NCBI GenBank assembly: GCA_951406725.2
Contig: OX597825.1
Span: forward strand, 30,938,001 to 31,002,000
Direction: 5' to 3'
DNA length: 64,000 nucleotides
Origin: Octopus vulgaris
Lineage: Eukaryota
The position numbers were made by a program, and so were the translations under genes. How positions within the stretch are numbered: position 1 is the first letter of the stretch; each line of letters starts with the position of its first letter. Of this stretch, positions 41,032 to 55,449 are shown in pieces. The notes beneath the pieces were generated by a model. The model saw nothing but the letters and a program-made list of their open reading frames with translations. It ran no database searches and was not told where the DNA came from.

Positions 41032-42532
41032 TACGCACATATATATATATACACACACACACATATATATGTCCCACCTATGCCAGCATGGAAGGCAGAT
41101 GTCAAACAAAGATGACGATGATGATGATGATGATCTTTGTATAATGTCTCCATATATTTATATATATATAAATATATGGCAAACAAAACAGAACTTGCTT
41201 GAGTTGGGAGACAAACATGGAAAACAAAAGACAAGTTACGACAAAGTTTTGAAGGGTCTTACAAATATGTATGTGTACGCACATGTGTGTGTGTGGTGGT
41301 GTTTGTGTGTGGGTGGGTGTGAATATTATTTAATGAATAGATATAACAGAAAGATATAATAGAGTGACTAACAAGACTAAGATGGTAAAAAAAACATTAA
41401 AAGCACAATTACTATAGTTGAAATATTTTGTAAAACATAGCATGCCGCTTTTCATTCACAATGGTGGGAAATGGTATTCTATTATGAAAAGCGGGATGGA
41501 TAATAGAGAGACATTTGTCTTTTATATATATATATATATATAATAATAGATAAATGCATATAGATGTATTCACTGAGGTCCAACAAGGAAAAGAAACATT
41601 TAACCATAATCTAACATGAGATCTAGGCAATTATTCCATGTTACACTTAAACAGAAACTGCGCCACTTTGGAGACACTACTTCCTTTGTATCAGAAGTCA
41701 TCGCCAAAATATAATGGATTTGTTGTTGGATCAAGATTACAAACTGCAGGAAAAACAATTGAAAAGGAAATATTCAATATAGTATTTCTCCCTTATAAGA
41801 ACTCATGGAAACAAAGGAAAAAATGTGGATGCTGACTGAAACAATGCCATGTTGAAGGAAAAGGGTTAATAAGGGAATAGAGAGAGACATTGTAAAATGT
41901 AACAATGACTGATGAATAACAAGATATCTGAAACTACATGACCACAATTAGTTTGCACCAACCTTTCGTCATTGTTTATTGAATAAAATTCTTGTGTATT
42001 TGACTGTGTATTTTCTGCTATGAGGAAATGACCATTCTTATAATAGAAACACATATACTTTCGTACGTGCATAATATGTACAAACATAAAGTGCATATGT
42101 GGGGTTGTGTGTTTGAGTGTTAGTGCATGTGTGTGGGGGCTGGGTGGATACACTCATAGAATTGTAAACATGAATGTATATTATTTAATATTATTCATTA
42201 TGCATTTAAGTAAGTGTATGCAAATAAATGAACAGAAATATGCAACTATATGAATATGTATGAATATAGGAAGGGCAAAGATAGAGTTTACTGAAAATAG
42301 CATTATTACTCTAATATATGCACATGCACACACATATATACATACATTAATACATACATATATACATACATATGTACACAAATCTACACAAATACACACA
42401 CACACATACACACAGTATCCACAATGCACATAGAGATTTATCTGTGTTTATCTCTCAACTTACAAATACACAGACACACACACATACTTATGCTCATATG
42501 CACATCCATAATTCCATATATACATTTATATG

Positions 42533-42571
<39 letters not shown>

Positions 42572-43092
42572 ATAGACATAGAGCCAGGTTGGGGATGAGA
42601 ATGAGAGGAGGAGGTACATATCTAAAATAGTATCCAGCATTGTTGTTAGTGTTGTTGTAGCTGTTATTACCACTGACACTGATACTACTGCCACTGTGAC
42701 CAATATTTCACAATAGGTTCCAATAATACACATACAAATATCAGACTCTGTGTGTGTGAGTGTAGGAAAGGTTAGGCTAAGAATTCTGTTTCCCAGCCAT
42801 ATGGTTTTGGGTTCAGACCCATTGCGTGACACTTTAGGCGAATGTGAGCCGTGAGTTAAGCAAAGCCGCTTGAGTGGAATTGGTAGAGAGAGACTGAAAC
42901 AAGCTCTTCATGTATATAATTGTATATGCTTTTATTATTAATCAACAGAAGTCCCAGAATGAATCAAGAGCCAAGAGTTCCATGTCAATGATAAGAGCCA
43001 ATGTACAAAACTCTCAACCCTTGAGTCACTTTGGTAAGATAGCTTCATGCAATGGTAAGACAAATGATGCTCTTTTGTCAGTCTCAAAGCAT

Positions 43093-43459
43093 ACTCTTTA
43101 CTCTTTTACTTGTTTCAGTCATTTGACTGCGGCCATGCTGGAGCACCACCTTTAGTCGAGCAAATCGACCCCGGGACTTATTCTTTGTAAGCCCAGTACT
43201 TATTCTATCGGTCTCTTTTGCCGAACCGCTAAGTGACGGGGACGTAAACACACCAGCATCGGTTGTCAAGCAATGCTAGGGGGACAAACACAGACACACA
43301 AACATATACACACACACTTATATATATATACATATATACGACAGGCTTCTTTCAGTTTCCGTCTACCAAATCCACTCACAAGGCATTGGTCGGCCCGGGG
43401 CTATAGCAGAAGACACTTGCCCAAGATGCCACGCAGTGGGACTGAACCCGGAACCATGT
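43093..43459 (-). mobile_element. SINE family A, young copy lacking ~40 nt of the head
   Basis: High identity to the copy at 61720-62133. Confidence 0.9.
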
Positions 43460-43502
43460 TTGGGATCAGGAAGGAATTTAAAAAAAAAAACACTAAAATT
43501 GC

Positions 43503-43900
43503 AGGCGTAGTGGCTGTGTGGTAAGTAGCTTGCTTACGAACCACATGGTTCCAGGTTCAGTCCCACTGCGTGGCACCTTCGGCAAGTCTTCTACTATAGC
43601 TTCGGGCCAACCAAAGCCTTGTGAGTGGATTTGGTAGACAGAAACTGAAAGAAGCCTGTCGTATATATATATATGTGTGTGTATATGTTTGTGTGTCCGT
43701 GTTTGTCCCCGCAACATCGCTTGACAACCGATGCTGGTGTGTTTATGTCTCCGTAACTTAGCGGTTCAGCGAAAGAGACCGATAGAACAAGTACTAGGCT
43801 TACAAAGAATAAGTCATGGGGTCCATTTGCTCAACTAAAAGGCGGTGCTCCAGCATGGCCATAGTCAAATGACTGAAACAAGTAAAAGAGCAAAAGAGTA
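43503..43900 (+). mobile_element. SINE family A, full length, head-to-head with the previous copy
   Basis: GGCGTAGTGGCTGTGTGG head to GAAACAAGTAAAAGAG tail. Confidence 0.9.
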
Positions 43901-44354
43901 TGATGTGGTGAATTAAAGGTTACAATTTAAATTACTTAAAACAGGAAGTTTGTAGCATATAAACCTGGAGCAGTCTCAAAAGACAGGTTGATATCAAAAG
44001 AATTAAGGTGAAGAAGAAAGGAAGAGAGTTTCTTGACAAACCATTTCACAATTAGTTGACTGCTTGTTTTGCTAACACAGGTAATGTATAAAGGCCTTCC
44101 ATATTTTAAGGACATAAAATTTTAAATCCTTGTATAAAATATCAAACGGAATACATGTGAGTTTTCCATTTTATGGTTTATTATTTCCATTGAGGGCTTC
44201 AGAAGTTTGTTACTTACTGAACTGGTAAGCTTTCTTTTTTTGTTCCTTCTTTTTTCACTTTGTGCCACACCAACAAATTATGGCATGTTGTTGTTATTGT
44301 TAATGCTATATTCCTTTCTACTTTTCTTTCTTTGATATCAATTCTCTCTCTCTC

Positions 44355-44848
44355 TCTTTTATTTGTTTCAGTCATTTTGACTGTGGCCATGCTAGAGCAC
44401 CGCCTTTAGTCGATCAAATCAACCCTAGGACTTATTCTTTATAAGACTAGTACTTATTCTATCAGTCTCTTTTGCTAAAAGGGGACGCAAACACAGACAC
44501 ACATACACACATATATATACATATATACGATGGGCTTCTTTCAGTTTCCATCTACCAAATCCACTCACAAGGCTTTGGTTGGCCCGAGGCTATAGTAGAA
44601 GACACTTGCCCAAGGTGCCACGCAGTCGGACTGAAACCAAAACCATATGGTTCGTAAGCAAGCTACTTAACACACAGCCACTCCTACGCCTATACATATT
44701 AGTGTATATCAATACTCTTTACTCTTTTACTCTTTTACTTGTTTCAGTCATTTGACTGCAGCCATGCTGGAGCACCGCCTTTAGTCGAGCAAATCAACCC
44801 CGGGACTTATTCTTTGTAAGCCCAGTGCTTATTCTATCGGTCTCTTTT
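44355..44848 (-). mobile_element. SINE family A with internal deletion (44355-44692) plus a second 3' fragment (44713-44848)
   Basis: Reverse complement of the family A consensus. Confidence 0.85.
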
Positions 44849-46385
44849 AAAGAACTGATCGCCTAATCAGAGGAGGAAAGGCAACTCCCATGACCTTCTC
44901 ACTTTACCTTTGAGACTGGCAGAATGGAAACACAAGGTTTATACCCAGACCAAAGACACAAAAAAGGAGACAAGTGATGCTGTTAAACTGGATGACAGAC
45001 AAAACCTCCTATTCCAAAACAGGAACTGTAGCGCAACCAACTTTCCATTTGGTTTCCATATACCAAATTCCCTTGACAGATATTGTCCAACACAAAGTCA
45101 TGATGAAAGGTATGTGCCTAGGTGCCATGCTGTAGGATTGAACCTGAAGCTTGTAGTTGTGATGAAATGAATGTCTTAAACACACAGCAACATTTGCACT
45201 AATGCTTCTACATGTTTGTTGTTCGTACCAGTTTTCTCCTTCCCACTGCATATTGTAAAATAACTTTGTTTTTTTCATTTTATACATATATCTGTTTTTA
45301 CATTTTATATTATTTCATTTATTTATCTTTTAATTACATCGAAAAATCACATGACGTTTCATTGCATTTAATTATTAATACTGAAAGAGCAGACTCTGAA
45401 AGCATCGTTTCCAAGTTAGATTTCAAAACAAACATTTAACGAGAAGATAGCATCCCTGTGCTGAATGTTTCCATAACCAAACAGACCATCTATGAATAAA
45501 TGCTTAGAATAAAACCACCCACAAAGAGTCATGAGGCATAATACGCCCCAAGGTGTGTGCAAGTTTCTAAATTTTGATGAATGCAATAAAGGACCGGAGG
45601 CAGCTATAACTAAGCACTTACGTAAAAGGAAAAGAAAGAGAACTTAAGAGATTCACTCAGCAGAACAAATAGCTAACTACCTGCAAACCAGAATTCAGAG
45701 CATGATCTGGTTTAACCAACTCTTTAATAAAAATGTAAAGAACTGCATGGGAAGTCACAGAATCTTGCTAATTGGTGAACATTTCTCACAAAAGCATGCA
45801 TTCCTGTAGCTATTCAAAAAGGTCAATAGAGTTAAACCAGTATTCCTAATATAGCCAGCCATAATTAAGTAACACGATACCAATGTGTTTAGTGCTAATT
45901 CTGTAATGATCAGAAAATAACTGTCAAATGCCACAGGGTTTTCCACCAAGATCAAAGATGGTGAAAAACAAAAAGAAAAAGAGCAAAGAAAAAAACAGAT
46001 ATGGGTTAATATAACCCTGATGATAGAAGAAAAGACACTGACTAGCTATCTAATTTTCAACTAAGGATGAATCCAAAAGCCAATTACAGAAGCCTTTTAG
46101 CTTCTAAAGATGTCAATCCAAAGGAACAAGCAGATTACTCTAAGTATGTCTGGAAATAAAATGCAAAGATGAAACACTGATATAATGCTGTCGATTTCAG
46201 AGAGAGAGAGAGAGAGAGAGAGCAGTGCTCCTAGAAATAGCTCTTCAACATCTGACTTCAGTTCAACAGAGAAATTCTACATATTGAAATACCATAAACT
46301 TATTCTAAAATACACTCAGAAAAGATATCTACTTAAAAGGCTATAAAATTACACACACACACACACACAAACGCACACACACACA

Positions 46386-46421
<36 letters not shown>

Positions 46422-46434
46422 CATACATATATCA

Positions 46435-47666
46435 TTATCATCATCATTTAATGTCTGTTGTCCATGCTGGCATGGGTTGGACAGTTTGGCCAGGGCTGGC
46501 AAGCTGGAAGTTTGCACCAGACTCCAGTCTGATTTGGCATGGTCTTCCACAGCTGGATGCCCTTTCTAATGTCAACTGCTTCGAGAGTGTAATGGGTGCT
46601 TTTACATGCCACTGGCATGGGTGCCATTTGCGTGTTACTGGGGTACTTTTATGTGCCACTAGCACAGGTACCAATTTGCTTGACACTGGTATCTGGTATG
46701 ACTGCGATTTTGCTCAGCTTGATGGGTCTTCTTCTCAAGCACAATATAATGCCAAAGGTCTTGGTCATTGCCTCTGTGAGGAACTCAGCCACTTTGCCTC
46801 TGTCAGGCCCACCACTCGAAAATTGTTCTTTACATGCCACCAACATGGGTGTACTTGGCCTGACAGGTCCTCTCAAGCACAGCACATCACCAATGGTCTC
46901 GGTCACTAGTCGTTGCCTGGTTTTTCTCTCAAGATGCTTACACTGTCAAACATACATACTGACATTGCACATCAAGCAAAGCATACTGGCTTCATTTCTT
47001 TCAAGCCTACACATGTCCTCAGCTGTCACAGCCCATGTTTCACTGCCATGCAGCATAGCTGTTTGCATACAGGCATCAAATAATCTGCCTTTCACTCTGA
47101 GAAAAAGGCCCTTTGTTGCAAGCAAGGATAGGAGCTCTCTGAACTTTGTCCATCCTAATTTTATTCTCACAGCTATGCTCTCAGAGCATCCACCTCCACT
47201 ACTAACATGGTCACCTGGATAATGGAAGCCATCTACAACATCTAGATTACCCACCTAGCAGTTGATGGAGTCTATTTTCTGCACATTTGTGATGTTTATT
47301 GTACCTGTTCATCTTCCACACACAAAAGCTATTTTCTCCATTAACCTTCCTCTGATACTGCTGCACCTCTTACGTGTCCATAGCTTACACCATGTGCATC
47401 TTATGGAGTTTCTACCTACACCTTTTCTATCTGAAGGGATTTATGATTTGTCAGCCTTCCTACTTACTAAGACTTTGGTTTTTGCTAGGTCAACTCCAAG
47501 GCCCTTCGATTCTAGACCTTGCTTACATACCTGGAACTTCTTCTCTAGTTCAGGTAGTGATTCAGCTATTAGAGCAAGGTCATCAGCATAGAGGAGCTCT
47601 CAGGGGCAGCCTGTCTTAAATTCCTTTGTTATTACCTGAAGGACTATGATGAACAAGAGGGGGCTG

Positions 47667-47667
<1 letters not shown>
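46435..47667 (-). mobile_element. 5'-truncated RTE-like LINE: RT fragment continuous with a family C 3' UTR and (GAT)n tail
   Basis: SPLLFIIVLQVITKEFKTGCP*ELLYADDLALIAES ... GWTKFRELL..RVKGRLFDACMQTAMLHGSETW, followed downstream by GAAAGGGCATCCAGCTG...GACATTAAATGATG. Confidence 0.88.
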
Positions 47668-47709
<42 letters not shown>

Positions 47710-47923
47710 AATATATATTTAAAAAAAGGGAGATGTGGAACACGGGTTGTGATATATAAAAAAAGGAAATGAAGAAAATGCTGACAAAATAATTTAAGTA
47801 AGGGAGAGTGTATTTAATAGGTGAAAGTTCTTTTTACCGGTTGCACATTTGCTATGCTTATCAAAAGATATTTTTTAAAGAGAGATAGAGTTCCTTTCTG
47901 ATAGATTTTTTTTCTCTTATATG

Positions 47924-47965
<42 letters not shown>

Positions 47966-47974
47966 TCATATATC

Positions 47975-48222
47975 ATCATCATCATTTATATGCTAGCATG
48001 GGTTGGACGGTTCAACTGGGGTCTGGGGAGCCCGAAGGCTGCACTAGGCCAGTCAGATCTGGCAGTGTTTCTACAGCTGGATGCCCTTCCTAACGCCAAC
48101 CACTCCGAGAGTGTAGTGGGTGATTTTATGTGCCACCGACACAGGTGCCAGACGAGGCTGGCGACGGCCACGCTCGGATGGTGTTTTTATGTGCCACCGA
48201 CACAGGTGCCAGATGAGGCTGA
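47975..48222 (-). mobile_element. Family C repeat
   Basis: TGCTAGCATGGGTTGGACGG...GGATGCCCTTCCTAACGCCAACCAC with a duplicated TTTTATGTGCCACCGACACAGGTGCCAGA. Confidence 0.85.
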
Positions 48223-48231
48223 TGTATATAC

Positions 48232-48264
<33 letters not shown>

Positions 48265-49685
48265 ATATAAGATATATACAAACACACACACAGGTGCAAG
48301 CATGGTTGAGTGGTAAGAAGTTTGCTTTTCAACTATGTGATTCTGGGTTCAGTCCTGCAGTGTGGCAACTTAGGCAAGTGTCTTCTGTTATGTTATAGTC
48401 CAAGGTTGACAAAAGTTTTGTGAGTCGATGAGCTAGAATGACACTGAAAGAAGCCCCCCGCCCTCTCTCTCTGTGCATGTGAATGTTTGCATGGTTGTGT
48501 CTCCTTTTCTTGACACCACATGATAGTCATAAAATGGTTGTCAATGTTATACAAGCGGTGCCATTCATTTCCAATGTTCTACAAGAACATGTCTGTCCAT
48601 GAGGAAATATTACCTTGCTTGAAAACAGGTGACTGTTGGCAACAGGAAGGGCATCCAGCCATATGAAATTTGCCTCTAAAAAAAACCCCCATACAACCCA
48701 TGCAAGCATGGGAAAGTGAACATTAAATTGATGATGATAATGATGATGAATCAATATTTATCTATTTATCCATCTATTAATGTACCCTGTCCATTTTGTG
48801 AAGTGGCTGGAGATAAAAAGGCAACCCTATGAATAAAGAAAATACTAAGGGGATATGAGCTTGGGAAGTGTAATGATGACAACTCATCATAAAGGCAGTA
48901 ACTCTGAATAAAAACAGACACAGAGCAAGGGAGAGGTACAGTAAAGTTTGTATCTTGCTGAGGATGTTGAATAAAATCCAAACATGTCTAGAATTATCTC
49001 CCATACTTGCCAGAATAATTGAAAATAGCTGCATCTGTGGAAACTCTATAGTTATTTTAAAAACTATAAGAGTGCTGGAAGTTTATAGAGAACTATGATG
49101 TTCATAATTTCTATTGAAGCTGTATTTTTCTGAAGCATTTAATTTGTGAAATCGTGTAAACTTCACATGGAGAGCACTTAACATGCAATCTTAGGAGAGA
49201 ACATATTTGAAAACTATATACTTTATTATACATTTGTCACCTTTTCTACTCTGACAGTTGTTGTCTTTTATTTTCCTGATTACATCAAGAAGTGTTCTAG
49301 AAAGAGTTGTATACATTCGACTGAGAAAATATTGATTCACAAAGAAATAAAGTAACTCTCTCAAATGTTTGTCCTTGAGGTTTGCTTACTGTTACTGAAA
49401 ATGCTAAATGTACTGGAATGAGATCTCTCCTGAAAACAAAAGGTAAATTAGCAGCACGACTTAGGTAGATTTTGAGTCAAGGAATTAAAAGTTTTGATCC
49501 TGATCATGCATAATTAATCATCTCTGTTTCCATGCAGGCATTGCTTCCATTGGTAATCTTTATTTCGTAGTATAATCTTTATCGAAGGGATGTATTTTGT
49601 AACGCAAACAACAATTTTCACTAAGGAATGAAACTGAAGACATTATCTATAATATTATCCAGCTATAGTATAACTAAATTGGTAA

Positions 49686-50024
49686 GGCATAGGAGTGGCT
49701 GTGTGGTAAGTAGCTTGCTTACCAACCACATGGCTCCGGGTTCAGTCCCACTGTGTGGCTCCTCGGGCAAGTGTCTTCTACTATAGCCTTGGGCTGATCA
49801 GAACCTTGTTAGGATTGTCGCAGGTCCATTAACTTTTGTAAAAAATGTTTTCATAGGCGTAGGAGTGGCTGTGTGGTAAGTAGCTTGCTTACCAACCATA
49901 TGGCTCCGGGTTCAGTCCCACTGCGTGACACCTTCAGCAAGTGTCTTCTACTATAGCCTCAGGCTGACCAAAGCCTTGTGAGTGGATTTGGTAGACGGAA
50001 ACTGAAAGAAGCCCGTCATATATA

Positions 50025-50085
<61 letters not shown>

Positions 50086-50161
50086 TCCATCCAACCCATG
50101 CTAGCACGGAAAACGGACGTTAAACGATGATGATGATGATGATGATATATATATATATCTG

Positions 50162-50194
<33 letters not shown>

Positions 50195-50405
50195 ATATGT
50201 TTCTGTATTTGTGTTTGTCCCCACAACATCGCTTGACAACCAATGCTGGTGTGTTTACGTCCCCGTAACTTAGCGGTTTGGCAAAAGAGACCGATAGAAT
50301 AAGCACTAGGCTTACAAAGAATAAGTCCTGAGGTCGATTTGCTCGACTAAAGGCGGTGCTCCAGCATGGCCACAGTCAAATGACTGAAACAAATAAAAGA
50401 GTAAA
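49686..50405 (+). mobile_element. SINE A 5' fragment (49686-49810) then a full SINE A (49856-50405) with a family C tail nested in its central microsatellite (~50085-50145)
   Basis: Two GGAGTGGCTGTGTGG heads; CCAACCCATGCTAGCACGGAAAACGGACGTTAAACGATG inside the (TA)n. Confidence 0.85.
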
Positions 50406-51467
50406 CAAAAAAAAGAAAAGAGTAAACCTTAATACATTAATAGAAATAACAATGAACAACATCTTTATTTTCATAGAGAACTGTGCATAACGCTGAACTG
50501 AAAACCCACAATTACAATGAATGAGGTACAGCAGCTACCCTACCGAGCTGTGGATTCTTAAAATATATCAGCAATATAGATACATCACTGTTAATTTTAA
50601 ATATTTATTTATCAGTCAACTGTCTTACAAATAATATAAATAATATAAAAGTTGTGTCTACAATAGATTACATCTTTAATTTCGTTTCATAGTTCACCAG
50701 TCAATTACTTGATGAATAATATAAATGTTGTGTGTATAATAAATTATGTTTTCGATTTCGTTCCATAGTCAAGACAGCATTTGTTTAAAGCATTGCATTC
50801 ATAGACCGTGTCAAAATAATATTATAGCTACTATTAGTCATTCACTAATATTGTCTTTTCTTCACTACATAATTATTTGTAATTAGATTTTTCATCTTCA
50901 CTATGTTATGTTAACACCAACTTAACTAAAACAGACAGCACCAGACTGAATACCTTTTGGTAGTTAACTATGTCCTTCCATGTTCTTTCTTAGCTCAATC
51001 CCCACCAGAATCAGCTTTACCTTTCATCATTCCAGAATATGATAATATAATAAACACCAACAAGTCATTGAATTAATTAGATTAATTAACCATAAGATGG
51101 TAATTTAGCAAAGTTGTTAGAGCATACAGTACAATGTCATTAATGACAGCAGTGCCAGAATGCCGGAGTGAGAATTTGTTCCAACTCTAGTGTGTTCCAA
51201 GACAGAAACCTGTTGAGGACAGACCTGACCACGGAAAAAGAAAGGTGGGCTCTGCTAGGTTTAACAATACCCAAAACACAATATTCATGATAGTGGTCCT
51301 ATGGCTCAATCAGGAATTCAGGACCCAAAAGAAGACAGAACCAAACCCTTTCCTTATAAATGTATTGCTTTGTTGTTCCAGCATAAAGAGACATCATTAT
51401 GTTACATTATACAAAACACTGGCAAGGCAGAAACGGTACAATACCACACTATACAATATCTCATTTA

Positions 51468-51677
51468 CACTTTCGTTACTGTATTTATTTTGAGATGCTC
51501 TGTGTTTCTTTTAATTACTTTAAATATAACAAATAATTTAGTAAAATAACTTAGTTATCATTCAGCTAGTGTTAGGAACATAAATTGTGAATAAGGTTTG
51601 GTGAAAGATTTTAATTCAAAACTTATGAAAACAAGACATTTGTACTCAGAGACAGAGCAGGGTTGGTAACAAAAGGG
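51468..51677. mobile_element. piggyBac-type MITE
   Basis: TTTA-CACTTTCGTTAC ... GTAACAAAAGGG-TTAA: ~12-bp TIRs with TTAA-like TSD; similar end TTAACACTTTCGTTACC at ~25521. Confidence 0.65.
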
Positions 51678-52296
51678 TTAAACTGTAATCTAATTAAAAT
51701 TACCTAAACAGCAAAAAGAACACTATATCAATGACTGATATTTAATTTGTTTTCATTCACATTTGCAAGCATGGGAGAAAACTGCAGATATGTTTCTGAC
51801 TTATGAGACCTCTTCGACAAAGCATAAAGTGTACTGCGTTTGCTGTAATGACTTGCAGATTCTCTCATTGTTTTTGAAAATACAATGAAGTCTAGGGTTT
51901 ACTGAGGACTGGAATATGTCCAGAATTACCTCCCTTGTGAAAATGATAAAAAAAATAATCATAGTTTTTGAAATAGAGTTGACTTTTCTTCACTACATAA
52001 GTATTTCTAGTTAGATTATTAAGTTCTTTTCGGTGTGATAAAATAAGATACCAGTCAAGTACTGGGGTCCATATATTTCAACTAATACTCTTCCCTTAAA
52101 TCTCTGACTTTGCACCTAAATCAGAATCCATTATTATTATCAATTCTTTTATATTCATTCTTTATTTTGTTCCCCCCACCCAAGTCAATAACAAGTAATA
52201 GTTACATACTAGAGTTAATATCTTAACCCACACTATAATTTTTTCAACTGATTTGTTATAAATATAGGAAACTAATAATTTTCTGTTATATCATTA

Positions 52297-52351
<55 letters not shown>

Positions 52352-52787
52352 CATTATTATTATTTGGTTATTTTCCTTATTTACTTGTATTTCATTTTGT
52401 TGTTTACTTACTTTTTAATGTTCATTATTATTTTGTAATTTGCTTCATGACACATTATATCATATTGAATTATGTTATTTAGTCATATACATATATACAT
52501 ACATGGATGCACACATATATATGCATAGTGAGGCACTCGAGAGTGTCTGTGGCTTCACCACCCTAAGAAATAAATCATATTATCTATGATTTTATTGGAT
52601 TTTATTTCTATCTATAATTTTCATTCTTGATATATGTGTGTGTGTGCTTTTATGTTCGTATGTATGTGTATATATATATATAGATGTCAATGTATACAGA
52701 TATATATATTTATAGATACATATATATGCATGGATGTATGTGTGTGTGTGTATAATCTGTGTGAGTGTGTGTGTGTATGTAGGAATG

Positions 52788-52823
<36 letters not shown>

Positions 52824-55393
52824 GATAGAAAGACAGATTACATAGAATTCTCTTTTTGGATGGTGAAAGATTGAAGGAAGAACCTCTATTTCGAAAAATA
52901 GATATTTAGGTCATGTAACAAATATCATATTGAATCTGCTGGATGAAATAATATAGAATTGATTGGGAAGGTGAGAAAGGGTTTTTGTTTCATTAAAGAA
53001 AGGGTTTTGTTTCATTAAAATGAAGAAAAAAGGAAAGAAAGAACAAAAAATTATACAGATGAAATGAAAAAGAAAAATTGAGATTAGGGGATCTGGAAGG
53101 GGTTGTGAGAAGAAAGACAAGGACAGAGGTGTTTCTGCCTGTTAAATGAACAATGAGGATCAAGTATGAAACGAACTTATTTTTTGAATAGTAGAAAGCA
53201 AAAAAACAAAAAAAGAAAAAGAAAAAAAGAAAAGAAAAAAGAATGAATGAAACAGATGAGTGTGCACATACACACATACACACAAATATGCACACAAAAA
53301 GAAAATGATATAATTCAGCAACATGAGGAAACAGATAGTGATCTGTGTTGGTAAAAATTTATTTCTGGAAAAGTTCATAGATGAGTTTGTTGAAATGATT
53401 TGCTATGAGGAATGAAATAGTAGAATTATTACGGAGAAGGACAAAATGGTTTGTTGTATTCATTACACTTTACTCCACTGCACTTTGATTTCAAATTCCA
53501 TCAAAGTCAAGTTTGCTTTTCATAATTTTAGTGTTGATAAAGTAAATTACCATGGGGTACTTTATTTTAACAATGCTAAAACTGCATCCTTCAAAACTTC
53601 CATGCTTTCTGAGATTCGCCAACACTACACCTGATTTCCTACCCTCCATACACACACAAGCATGTATCTGACTCATACATTGTTCACTTTCCAGACATTT
53701 GTACATTACTGCATACACTTTATATGCACTTTCTGACAAGTTGTGGTGCACCTGAGCACTGTATACAATAATTTCATTATTAATTATTATTAATTAATAA
53801 AATAAAGACATCATAGCAAAATTGTTAAAATGGTAAATGAGATGCTTTGCAATATAGGTCCTGGTTTCTTGCGTTTTAAAAAAGGGGGTACATAACCCGT
53901 TAATCAGTTTAATGCCAAACACTTGATTCTTGAGCGTCTTTACAGAAGATCACTATGTTTCAAGCAATTAGAGATTGTTTCCTGTATAACGATAACTCTA
54001 CCAGTCTCAGAAGCTCTAAGAAAAAAGTCATGACCACTGTTCCTCTTCCCCTGACTGATTGCCGAAAACAAACTTACCAGCACCACGTTTTGCCTGGCAT
54101 TAATTTGTAAACTCTTATACATTGTTGTTATTGCTCTTAAAATATCATATTTAAACAAATATGAGGTAGTGTGGCAGGTACCATTCTTAGCAGGGTGTAT
54201 CCACCAACTAAACCAGCTAACACATATCACATATTCTCTGAGAAAAAGGACTCAAAATGGGAAATCTGAAGAAATCAGGTCAAAGACCTGCTACTAGTAA
54301 CCACACAAAACAGTACAGCCAGAAGATGGCTGGGTGTCAGGGATTAAAGCCACAAAACCTGCTGAGTCCTAAGTGAGAAGAATGATTAATTTATTTGGAC
54401 AATCTGTATGATGAATGTCAAAACCTATCAAAGCGAGAATAAACCCAGGCAAATCAAAAGCCATTCACTTCATATTTATAGATAAAAAGTGCTAAGCAGT
54501 GATGTATACAAATATAAATTCGACATATTTAAACCCTTAGGAAAGGCATTCATAACATTTTGTCATGGAAAAAAATTCTCGCTGTAGACAAAAAAGTGTA
54601 AACAGAGTGACCCCTACACAGAATGATTGAGGCATGCAGTTCAGCGCAGTTATCTACTCTTCAGCAGCAAACACTGGAAAAGGAGGCACTGTGAAATGAC
54701 TACAAGAGACTAGGTCTCTGTTATTATATTCCAATCAAAGTACTGTGACTGGTTGTGCTAATCAGCAACTCAGGTGTAGTAAAATAGTATTAAAAGCTCT
54801 AAGCAAGTCATGGCTTTCTTACAAGTCTGAATATGTCTTAAGCATATTGGAACAGGTAAATATCATAACAGGTAAATATCATATTCAGATATCACTTTGC
54901 ATGCTTTTTTTTATGCCAGGCTAGGACCAATTCTACCTCAGCCTGATGGAAATTTGGTACCAGTAACTATAGTTGATTTAAAAACTGGTTTAATGTGAAA
55001 GTGACTGAGTATACTGTAGACACACATGTACTTGTCATATAATATGGAAGCAGAATCAGCATGACAGTGCAAAAAGGCTGAATATTTGAAGTACAAGTAC
55101 ACTCCATCCAAAGGTTCCCCAAACAATTAACCACAGACATGAATCTTTAATTAAATTCTCAAAACATTTTTTCTTCTTTTTTCTTCCTTCTCCCTTTCTT
55201 GACAATCCCCACAAAATTTTCATATATAAAAAGGCCAAGAAACCTAACTTTAAACCACTTTTTGATCAATCTGATAATGGAAGAAAGCGCTAAAAGTGTA
55301 AATAAAATGATATATAAAATCATCCAACATTCTGGTTACCTTATTATTATAAATATACAATATCTGTACATTACTTCAAAAACTCTCTCTCTC

Positions 55394-55449
<56 letters not shown>

